From: Alphaproteobacteria bacterium
GTDB taxonomy: Bacteria; Pseudomonadota; Alphaproteobacteria; Caedimonadales; UBA1908
Direction: 5' to 3'
DNA length: 64,000 nt
NCBI GenBank assembly: GCA_021298595.1
Contig: JAJTHL010000015.1
Location: forward strand, 22,299-86,298
Both the position numbers and the translations under genes were made by a program. Below, piece after piece: positions 8,738-16,436 of this stretch; within the stretch, counting starts at the first letter, position 1, and every line of letters starts with the position of its first letter. The notes beneath the pieces are model-generated. The model ran no database searches. It worked only from the letters and a program-made list of their open reading frames with translations, and had not been told where the DNA came from.

Positions 8738-9514
8738 ATGGATATTGTTTCAGAAAAGATTTTTTTTCCCGGAAGTCTTGGACATCTTTTAGCCGCACGC
8801 CTTGATAGGCCCGTTAAAAACCCCCGGTTTTTTGCGGTTTATGGCCCTTGTTTTACGTGCACCAAAGATATTCTGGTCGCCAAACGTATTAGCGAAACTT
8901 TGGCCGCCCTTGGCATTGGCGTTTTGCGTGTCGACTTTACGGGGCTTGGCGAAAGTGCAGGCTCCTTTGCAGAAGCAAACTTTTCCAGTAACGTCGAGGA
9001 CTTACTTGCCGCAAGCGCTTATCTTAAGGCGCATTTTGAGGCGCCACAACTAATGATCGGTCACAGCCTTGGTGGGACGACGTGCCTTGTGGCAACGTCA
9101 AAGTCACCCGACATTAAGGCCGTTGTGAGCATTAACTCGCCGTGCCATCCTAAACACGTGGCCAGGCACTTTCCTGGCCTTGAAGAAGAACTTTCCTGGA
9201 AGGGTGAAGCGGACGTTAAGATCGAAGGACGTGACTTTCGGATTCAAAAACATTTTTTTGATGATCTGCAGGGCCACGACATGAACCAAATTCTCCCCCA
9301 ACTGGGCGCCGCACTTTTAGTATTGCACTCTCCCACGGACACAAGTGTGAACATCAAAAATGCTAGCTATATTTTTTCGACGGCCGCGCACCCAAAAAGC
9401 TTTATCAGCCTTGATCAAATGGATCATTTGGTAACTAAAAAAGACGACGCCCTTTATATTGCAAGACTCATTGACGCTTGGGGCGAGCGATATGTCATGG
9501 CATCAAGATCATAA
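8738..9514 (+). CDS. Alpha/beta hydrolase
   Basis: Start moved to ATG 8738 (MDIVSEK). Motifs CFTCTKD, LRVDFTGLGESAG, nucleophile elbow GHSLGG and C-terminal DH. It resembles the hydrolase half of alpha/beta-hydrolase/OsmC proteins. Confidence 0.75.
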   Translation: MDIVSEKIFFPGSLGHLLAARLDRPVKNPRFFAVYGPCFTCTKDILVAKRISETLAALGIGVLRVDFTGLGESAGSFAEANFSSNVEDLLAASAYLKAHFEAPQLMIGHSLGGTTCLVATSKSPDIKAVVSINSPCHPKHVARHFPGLEEELSWKGEADVKIEGRDFRIQKHFFDDLQGHDMNQILPQLGAALLVLHSPTDTSVNIKNASYIFSTAAHPKSFISLDQMDHLVTKKDDALYIARLIDAWGERYVMASRS

Positions 9515-9688
9515 CCGCTATGGCCTCTTAAGCTAATCAGGAAGAACGTTGTCCTCTAATTTTTTGTGCCCCTGCTTTAACGCATACATTTTTTGATTTT
9601 TTTTACACTTATGTCCACGCGTTGACGTCTTTTTAATTATTTTTAGATAAGATTTACATAAAGACTGTATAAACCATAAAGGGACATC

Positions 9689-10420
9689 ATGCACATGCCA
9701 TCCTCCCTCTCCTCTCTTGAGATTTTTTTGCATGGAAAAATCATGCATGGTGTCATCATTGCGCTGGTGCTGCTTAACGGGGTTTTACTGGGTCTTCTCA
9801 CGGATCATGACATTTCTGCCTCCCACGGCGCCCTCTTGCAAACAATTGATAACGTCATCATCGGTATGTTTGTTCTCGAGCTCTTGATTCGATTTGCTGC
9901 GACCAAAGAACGCTTTTTTAAGCGCGGGTGGAATATCTTCGACACGATTATTATTGCCACCTCTGTGGGGGCTCTTTGGCTAAATTTTCAATCCTTGGAA
10001 ATTATCCGGGTTATGCTTTTATTTCGTATTATTGAATTTAGCCCTGATATGCGCAGGGTCATCGACGCCATTAAGCGGGCCGCCCTTGGAATTATTAATA
10101 CAGGCCTTCTTCTTGGTATCATCTTCTATATTTTTTCTGTGTCGGCGACCTATCTTTATGGAAAGACGGCGCCGGATACTTTTGGCAGCATAGGCACCTC
10201 GCTTTTCACGCTTTTTAGGCTTATGACCTTTGATAACTTAGGCGACATCATGAACCCCATCATGAAGGTGTATCCTTATTCAGGACTTTTCTTTCTTGTC
10301 TTCCTGGCTTTGACGGCCTTTTCTGTTTTGAACCTTTTGATTGGTGTGGTCGTCCAAGCCATGCAGGATGCCACCGACGCCGTTGAGAAAAAAGAAGAAA
10401 AAAAGAAAGGATCAGAGTAG
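9689..10420 (+). CDS. Single-domain voltage-gated-like cation channel (NaChBac/BacNaV family)
   Basis: Six hydrophobic segments. S4-like LEIIRVMLLFRIIEF. Pore helix and filter FTLFRLMTFDNLGD align with NavAb YTLFQVMTLESWSM. S6 is LNLLIGVVV. Confidence 0.7.
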   Translation: MHMPSSLSSLEIFLHGKIMHGVIIALVLLNGVLLGLLTDHDISASHGALLQTIDNVIIGMFVLELLIRFAATKERFFKRGWNIFDTIIIATSVGALWLNFQSLEIIRVMLLFRIIEFSPDMRRVIDAIKRAALGIINTGLLLGIIFYIFSVSATYLYGKTAPDTFGSIGTSLFTLFRLMTFDNLGDIMNPIMKVYPYSGLFFLVFLALTAFSVLNLLIGVVVQAMQDATDAVEKKEEKKKGSE

Positions 10421-10518
10421 CCTGGGTCTTTGCGCGCGAAATGGTCATAAGGTTGTGCACACGGTCCTTTTTTCATCAAAATAATTGATTTTTTGACCGT
10501 TTTTGACTAGTATGATAA

Positions 10519-10684
10519 GTGGTGCTGCGGCATTACGTCAGGGCGATTTTCCCTGGGGCCGATACTCATCCTTAAGGGAGCTGTCCCTGCCATGACTTGC
10601 GGGTTATGGTATATGGCGCCCACCTGCATTTGCGGGCCACGTGAGGATATAATCATCCAACGATTGCTGCGGCCCACTTTTTTG
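10519..10684 (+). ncRNA. ssrS: Candidate 6S RNA
   Basis: About 160 nt, non-coding, directly upstream of and co-oriented with the 5-formyl-THF cyclo-ligase gene (the classical ssrS-ygfA synteny). The 5' GTGGTGCTGCGGCA pairs with the 3' TGCTGCGGCCCAC (13 bp, one bulge). Internal partial pairing gives an imperfect rod, and a T6 run follows. Confidence 0.55.
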
Positions 10685-10693
10685 GAGTGATCT

Positions 10694-11275
10694 TTGACCA
10701 AGGAAGGTTTACGGCGACTTCTGCGCCAACGGCGTGCTCATTTTGTGAGCACCTGCACAGCCGATGAACTAGACTGTCTTTCTTTACAGCAGGCAGCCCT
10801 TTTTGAGCGCACTTTTCCCTTGGAAGATTCTTGTGTGATTGCAGGGTACTGGCCCCTTTCCAACGAATGTGACCCGACGCCTTTGTTGCAGTGTCTTGCG
10901 CGTAGCCATAAAAATGTTGTCCTTCCCCGCATTGAAAGAAATCATCTGATTTTTGTGCCGTGGGCCCCAAGTGCGCGCCTTGAACCCGGCCCCCTTGGTA
11001 CCTCGCAGCCCACGGCCAAAGCACCGATTCTTATGCCCGACTACATCATTACACCCCTTGTGGCCTTTGACAAAAAAGGCGCGCGCCTGGGACAAGGTGG
11101 CGGGTTTTACGATCGCACGTTTCACCGTTTTGCAAAGCAAACATACGCCTTCACCGTCGTTGGTTATGCCTTTGACTGTCAATACGTTGACTTTATCCCC
11201 CAAGACACGCAAGACTATCCCTTGGATTATGTTATCACCCCAACAACCCTTTACGATTTTAGAAACGGACAATAG
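10694..11275 (+). CDS. ygfA: 5-formyltetrahydrofolate cyclo-ligase
   Basis: 193 aa. Motifs LGQGGGFYDRTF and DYPLDYVITP are characteristic of MTHFS. TTG start as in the ORF track. Confidence 0.8.
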   Translation: MTKEGLRRLLRQRRAHFVSTCTADELDCLSLQQAALFERTFPLEDSCVIAGYWPLSNECDPTPLLQCLARSHKNVVLPRIERNHLIFVPWAPSARLEPGPLGTSQPTAKAPILMPDYIITPLVAFDKKGARLGQGGGFYDRTFHRFAKQTYAFTVVGYAFDCQYVDFIPQDTQDYPLDYVITPTTLYDFRNGQ

Positions 11276-12124
11276 ATGCGCCTTTTATATTGCGGAGATG
11301 TGGTGGGACGGCCTGGACGAGAAGTGGTTCAAAAACTTATCCCTCTGCTCATTCAACATTGGGCTCTCGACTGGGTCGTTGTGAACGCCGAAAACGCCGC
11401 ATCTGGATTTGGGGTTACTCCTCAAATTTGTGATGATCTTTTTGCTTTAGGGGTAGACATTATTGTGTGCGGCAATCATACATGGGATCAAAAGGACATC
11501 ATCCCTTACATCGCCAAACAGCCGCGTCTTATTCGCCCCCTGAACTATCCTGAAGGCACGCCAGGAAATGGTTTATGTGTCCTGTCTAAACCCACCTGTC
11601 GCGGGCAATTGGTCGTTGCCCAACTCATGGGTCGTCTTTTTATGGAACCTTTGGATGATCCTTTTGTTGCCATCGAAAAAGCCCTGCAACCTTACCGTTT
11701 ATCCCATCCATCCATTGGCGCCATCTTGGTGGATGTCCATGGCGAGGCCACCAGCGAGAAGATGGCCCTCGGCCACGTTCTTGATGGGCGGGTCACGGCG
11801 GTGATTGGAACCCACACTCATGTCCCCACGGCCGACTGCCAGCTTTTACCAAAAGGAACCGCTTATCAAAGCGATGCGGGGATGTGCGGGGATTATGACT
11901 CGGTAATCGGCATGGAAAAAGAAGCGGCCATCGCGCGCTTTAAAAAAAGGATTCCTACCCCGCGTCTTTCCCCTGCCCTAGGGGAAGCATCTTTGTGTGG
12001 AACGTTTCTGGACATAGATGACACAACAGGATTTGCCAGATCCATTCATCCTGTCCGTCTTTTAGGCCGTCTGTCTTCGTCTATTCCTCCGGGTCTTTCA
12101 AGTAATTTTCTTTCACTTGCATAA
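11276..12124 (+). CDS. YmdB-family metallophosphoesterase (TIGR00282-like)
   Basis: MRLLYCGDVVGRPGR, VVNAENAASGFG, GNHTWD and DVHGEATSEK motifs. Its ATG immediately follows the upstream stop. Confidence 0.8.
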   Translation: MRLLYCGDVVGRPGREVVQKLIPLLIQHWALDWVVVNAENAASGFGVTPQICDDLFALGVDIIVCGNHTWDQKDIIPYIAKQPRLIRPLNYPEGTPGNGLCVLSKPTCRGQLVVAQLMGRLFMEPLDDPFVAIEKALQPYRLSHPSIGAILVDVHGEATSEKMALGHVLDGRVTAVIGTHTHVPTADCQLLPKGTAYQSDAGMCGDYDSVIGMEKEAAIARFKKRIPTPRLSPALGEASLCGTFLDIDDTTGFARSIHPVRLLGRLSSSIPPGLSSNFLSLA

Positions 12125-12385
12125 GTAAAGATAAACACCTTTAAACATGGGAGTGGGAAAAACCTTTATGAAATTAAAAAAATTCCTAAAAATTTTTAAT
12201 TATTACAAATAATAAAGTGTATTTCTTTACTTAAATGACACAAATATCGATGTTTCAAAAATTCAAAATTAAATACTAATTAATAATTATAAGCGTCTAA
12301 TATTTATATATTTTTGTTGACACAGACTCATAATTTTGGCTTGATATTTCTTGTGAAAAAGAAAATAAACAACAGGAGAGAGTAC

Positions 12386-12451
12386 ATGACCAAGGTTAAC
12401 CTTGAAAAAAGAATGCCCGGACAAGAGCGTAGCGTCGCCATCACAGCCTAA
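12386..12451 (+). CDS. 21-codon mini-ORF (MTKVNLEKRMPGQERSVAITA): leader/precursor candidate or frameshift artefact
   Basis: This ATG has the best Shine-Dalgarno of the locus (AGGAGAGAG, about 6 nt upstream). It stops 10 nt before an in-frame GTG of the next gene. Alternatively, deleting one A from the A6 run (12405-12410) fuses this ATG to the SagB-like frame. Confidence 0.25.
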   Translation: MTKVNLEKRMPGQERSVAITA

Positions 12452-13544
12452 GCCGCTTTATGTGAATCCTTATCTCTTCCTTCACAGTGTGGGGGAAGAG
12501 ATTTGTGTGTGGGATTACTTTCACCATCAACAGTTTATTCTTGATGCTCCCCATCTTGATCGTCTGATTGCACACCTAACGTCTCCGCCCCTTTCATCTT
12601 CGCCTTTGGACAATATTTTCTTAGAAGAAGGTATTCTTTCTGAAACGCCCTTTCCTCGTCATCAGTGGGGTTGGGATCTTCTTGGGCAAATTTATCATTT
12701 TGGCACAAGAGATCTTGACGAACCTGAACAAAGATCCACACTCGCGCGTGCCACTGATTTTCTGAATGCCTGTAGCGCCTTTGAGAAAAGACAGTTGCAA
12801 ACAGGGACGCCTGATCCTTTCATCGGACTCCCCCGCATCGATTTACCAGATTGGCGTTCAGATCACTTTGATTTGAATCTGGGCAAAGCCCTTGAGGCAC
12901 GGATGACCAGTCGCGTCTTTAATGGCGAATCTATCTCTCTTCATGACTTAAGTGCGTGCCTTGGCATGACCTTTGCCCAAAAAGAAAACCCCTGGCCAGA
13001 AGCAGATATCCACAAAGTAACCTTTCTTGGCAAGCGGCGCACAAGCCCGTCTGCAGGGGGGCTTCATTCTGTCATCCCTTATATTGTCGCCTTTCACGTT
13101 GAAGGGCTTGCGCCTGGCCTATATGGCTATGATGACGTGTCCCATCAACTTGTCTTGAGGGCGAGCTACACAGCAGCCGAACTTGACACCCACGTCACAA
13201 GACTCTGCGGCGACCAGTTTTTTGGAGAGAATGCTGCGTGCGGCATCTTTTTTGTGTCACGTCTTGATCAAGTATGGACCAAATATCCTCACTCTCGTGC
13301 CTACCGGGATGTGTTTCTTGATGGCGGCCACCTGTCGCAAACGCTTCTTCTTTTAGCCACATCCCTTGAGTGGAATACCTGGATCACCGCTTACTTTCGT
13401 GATACAGAACTCGTGTCTTTTTTGCACTTACGGTCTGATGCGGATTTACCTCTTTTGTACGTTGCCCTTGGCAAAGGTGACCGCCAAGCCCTTCATCCGA
13501 GTGTTCTAGAGGCTTTGCGTCTGCGTCAAAAGGAGTCTACTTAG
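12402..13544 (+). CDS. SagB/ThcOx-type (nitroreductase-fold) dehydrogenase with N-terminal extra domain
   Basis: The C-terminal ~210 aa carry the SagB-type pattern: ARMTSRVF, RRTSPSAGGLHS, GLYGYD, YRDVFLDGGHLSQTLLL, LYVALGKG. The N-terminal ~150 aa (VWDYFHHQQFILD...WGWDLLGQIYHFGTRD) are an additional domain. The start is ambiguous: TTG 12402, GTG 12462, or ATG 12386 after a 1-nt correction. Confidence 0.7.
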   Translation: MKKECPDKSVASPSQPKPLYVNPYLFLHSVGEEICVWDYFHHQQFILDAPHLDRLIAHLTSPPLSSSPLDNIFLEEGILSETPFPRHQWGWDLLGQIYHFGTRDLDEPEQRSTLARATDFLNACSAFEKRQLQTGTPDPFIGLPRIDLPDWRSDHFDLNLGKALEARMTSRVFNGESISLHDLSACLGMTFAQKENPWPEADIHKVTFLGKRRTSPSAGGLHSVIPYIVAFHVEGLAPGLYGYDDVSHQLVLRASYTAAELDTHVTRLCGDQFFGENAACGIFFVSRLDQVWTKYPHSRAYRDVFLDGGHLSQTLLLLATSLEWNTWITAYFRDTELVSFLHLRSDADLPLLYVALGKGDRQALHPSVLEALRLRQKEST

Positions 13545-14972
13545 ATGTCTTTGTCTCAGTCCCGTGATTTTTGGTGGGCATGCGTTTTAAACTTTTTAGA
13601 GCGTTTCTCCTTCTACGGCGTTGTCTCCATTTTAGTGCTTTCCATGGTGGATCACGGTCTTTCCGACTGGAAGTCTTATATGGTTTATGGTGTATTTACG
13701 ACCCTTTGCTATTTGATGCCCATGTTAGGAGGCATGCTTAGCGACCACAAATTGGGTGAGCCCTGGACCATTCTTTGGGGCTTTTTTCTACAAATCATCT
13801 CGTGTTTTCTTTTAACGTTTTATACTGGTTGGGGAATGTGCCTCTGGACCGGTCTTGGGTTTATGGCGCTATCTGTGGGATTCATCAAACCAAGCCTTGT
13901 GTCGCTTGCTGGGCGCAGTTTTGATGACACGCCGCACGAAAAAGAATCTGCTTATACTATTTACTATGTTTTTCAGAATATTGGCGCACTTTTGGCGCCC
14001 TTTTTGTGCGGGACTCTCGGTCAAGTCTGGGGGTGGGAGCAGGGGTATATGACAGCCGGTTTTCTTTCAGTTGCAGGGTTTTTATGCTGTTTGTTTCGTT
14101 CTTTTTCCAAACGCTCTCTCTTTCATCTTGCCTATACCCATACAAAACTTTTGATTAGTTGTGGGTATATGGTGATGGTGCTGCCTCTTTTATGGCTCAT
14201 CAAAGAATCTCTTTGGAGTCGCGATCTTTTGACGATTTTATGCGTGGGTGTGCTCATTTGTTTTTTCACCTATGTGATGATTCAGAGAATTTTTAATCTC
14301 CAAACAGTTGTTGTTCTTTTTGCAGGCACTTTGGCCATTGCCATCTCAGGCGCCCTCATTGGACACGGCGCCGATGCCATCAGCCTTTTTGCCAAAAGGA
14401 ATGTGCACCTTTTCCTGGGCAATTTTGAAATCCTTCCTGTTCATTTTCAGATGATTAATCCCGTTGTGATTATCATTTTTGGGGCTTTGATGTCTTTTTT
14501 GTGGCGCGCGCTTTCAAAGGGCGGCATCACACTGAACGCTTTTATCAAATATATTCTTGGGTTTCTTGTGATTGCTGGGGCTTTCTTTTTACTAAAACAC
14601 GTGTGCGCTGATCACATGGAAGGCCTTGTTTCTCCCCTATGGGTGATGGTCGCCCTTGGCATTTCGGCCTTTTCAGATTTGCTTATTTTTCCGGTTGCGC
14701 TGTCTGAATGTTCGCGTGTCAGCCCTGAAAAGTGGCGCGCCCAAACCATGGGTCTTATGGTTTTTGCCATGGCCTTTTCCCAACTTATTGGCAGTTATCT
14801 CGCCCAACTGGCAGCCCTACCAGGCCCACTTCCGCCCCAAGAGAGCCTGCCCATTTATGAGTGGTTTTTCACAAACCTTGGATGGTATGCTTTAGGGGTG
14901 ATCCCATTGTTTGTACTAAGCCTAGGCGCTGTCAAATTCATCACAAAAGAAACGCACGGGCAAAGAGAATAG
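13545..14972 (+). CDS. POT/PTR2-family proton-dependent oligopeptide transporter
   Basis: Signature FLERFSFYG (ExxERFxYYG) and LGGMLSDHKLGEPWTI (GGxxxDxxxG..TI). It is multi-TM, and its ATG abuts the upstream stop (TAGATG). Confidence 0.75.
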   Translation: MSLSQSRDFWWACVLNFLERFSFYGVVSILVLSMVDHGLSDWKSYMVYGVFTTLCYLMPMLGGMLSDHKLGEPWTILWGFFLQIISCFLLTFYTGWGMCLWTGLGFMALSVGFIKPSLVSLAGRSFDDTPHEKESAYTIYYVFQNIGALLAPFLCGTLGQVWGWEQGYMTAGFLSVAGFLCCLFRSFSKRSLFHLAYTHTKLLISCGYMVMVLPLLWLIKESLWSRDLLTILCVGVLICFFTYVMIQRIFNLQTVVVLFAGTLAIAISGALIGHGADAISLFAKRNVHLFLGNFEILPVHFQMINPVVIIIFGALMSFLWRALSKGGITLNAFIKYILGFLVIAGAFFLLKHVCADHMEGLVSPLWVMVALGISAFSDLLIFPVALSECSRVSPEKWRAQTMGLMVFAMAFSQLIGSYLAQLAALPGPLPPQESLPIYEWFFTNLGWYALGVIPLFVLSLGAVKFITKETHGQRE

Positions 14973-14982
14973 GATTTTTACG

Positions 14983-15849
14983 ATGGACTTAAGCAAACTA
15001 AGAGTTTTTTATCACGTGGCAAAATGTCGCGGGGTGAGCGCTGCCGCCAGGGGCCTAGAGCTTAAGCAGTCCGCCATCAGCCAAAGCATTAAAGCTCTTG
15101 AAGAGGATTTAGGGTGCCGCCTTTTTCACCGTCATGCGCGGGGGATGACCCTGACAGAAGAGGGTGATATCCTCTTCAAAGCCGCAAGGGAAGCATTCTC
15201 CCATATTGAAGTCGCAGAGAACATTATGCGAGAACGCAGCGGCCTTTACCAAGAGAGCATCACCATTGGCACCACCGTTGGGCTTGCGGCCACCTATGTA
15301 CCGAGCAGAGTCGTTGGATACTGCCAAACTTACCCAGACGCCCCTGTTCGCATTGTGGAAATGCACACCCATGATATCGACAATAGCGCGGCCGATGTGT
15401 TTATTTGTCCGTATATCTTTGATAAGCCTGAACTTGTCCAAACTCCCATTGAACGTTTTCCTTTTAAACTATGTGCAGCCCCCTCCTATATAGAAAAACA
15501 CGGCCGGCCTCAAACATTTCAAGAACTAAGCCAGCACACACTGATTGCCTTTCCTGAAGACTCTCATAATCCTTTTAATCGGGTAGACCGTCTGCTGTTT
15601 CAAGATGAAGACAGCTCCCAGCAGCTACGCCGTCCCTTGATCGAGACGTTTACTTCCACAAGTCTTATGTATCTTGTGTCATCCGGTGTGGGGATCGGCG
15701 TTTTATCCACCAAGATGCCAGGCGCGGATGCCCTCATAGACCTTTTCCCAGACCTGCCAGCCATGGAAATCGAAATATATTTTGTCGTGCCAAAACGCCT
15801 TGCCCATATTGAACGGTTTGAGCGCCTTAAGCAGGCTTTCCTCAAGTAA
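14983..15849 (+). CDS. LysR-family transcriptional regulator
   Basis: N-terminal wHTH LRVFYHVAKCRGVSAAARGLELKQSAISQSIKALEEDLGCRLFHR, followed by a LysR substrate-binding region. It starts 10 nt after the transporter stop. Confidence 0.85.
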   Translation: MDLSKLRVFYHVAKCRGVSAAARGLELKQSAISQSIKALEEDLGCRLFHRHARGMTLTEEGDILFKAAREAFSHIEVAENIMRERSGLYQESITIGTTVGLAATYVPSRVVGYCQTYPDAPVRIVEMHTHDIDNSAADVFICPYIFDKPELVQTPIERFPFKLCAAPSYIEKHGRPQTFQELSQHTLIAFPEDSHNPFNRVDRLLFQDEDSSQQLRRPLIETFTSTSLMYLVSSGVGIGVLSTKMPGADALIDLFPDLPAMEIEIYFVVPKRLAHIERFERLKQAFLK

Positions 15850-15910
15850 ACGTTGTGATTTGACGAGCAACATGAGACACTAGTCGTGTCTTGACAAAGG
15901 AAAAAGTCCC

Positions 15911-16210
15911 ATGTCTTTTGATGTGCGTATTTATCAGCCTGCTAAAAGTGCCATGCAATCAGGGCGGGGAAAAGCGTCCTTTTGGGTGATAGAATTTCTA
16001 AATCTTGCCTCCATTGGTGAAGACCCTTTAATGGGATGGCAAAAAACAACAGCTCCCTTTAAAACAAAAAAGATCACGTTTTCCGATCGCGCGTCAGCGC
16101 TGGCCTATGCTCAAAAAAACGGTCTTTCTTACCGGCTAGAAGAACCCCACCGGGAAACCATCACGCCCAAGCAATACGGTCATCATTTTAGAGCCAATAA
16201 ACCGCTCTAA
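15911..16210 (+). CDS. ETC complex I accessory subunit, NDUFS4-like
   Basis: 99 aa. RIYQPAKSAMQSGRGK...DPLMGW...F...AYAQKNGLSY matches the alphaproteobacterial NDUFS4/AQDQ homologue pattern. Confidence 0.7.
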   Translation: MSFDVRIYQPAKSAMQSGRGKASFWVIEFLNLASIGEDPLMGWQKTTAPFKTKKITFSDRASALAYAQKNGLSYRLEEPHRETITPKQYGHHFRANKPL

Positions 16211-16436
16211 GTCTCAGCGCCTGAAGATCACCTCTTTTTTTTTGGGCGAAGACCTCATCTGCCCTCTTGCCCGACCACAACTCTTCAAACATATGCTGAT
16301 CTGGTGTTTGCCTATGCATACACCAGCTAAATTTCATTTATGAAGATAAATATTTGTTTACAGAGAATTGTGATTGACTTATGGGCTTTTTAGCCCCTAG
16401 AAATGTATGCCCCATTGGCGATTAAAGGAGTGATTT

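Noticed and set aside
10485-10518. I tried to place a sigma-70 promoter for the candidate 6S RNA using TTGACC 10493-10498, TTGACT 10503-10508 and TATGAT 10511-10516.
   Set aside because: No -35/-10 pair has acceptable 16-18 bp spacing, so I do not call a promoter.
12147-12212. A second 21-codon ORF (MGVGKTFMKLKKFLKIFNYYK) lies in the AT-rich leader and could be an alternative precursor peptide.
   Set aside because: It has no Shine-Dalgarno, and the Lys/Phe/Asn/Tyr-rich composition is what AT-rich DNA encodes in any frame. I could not distinguish it from noise.
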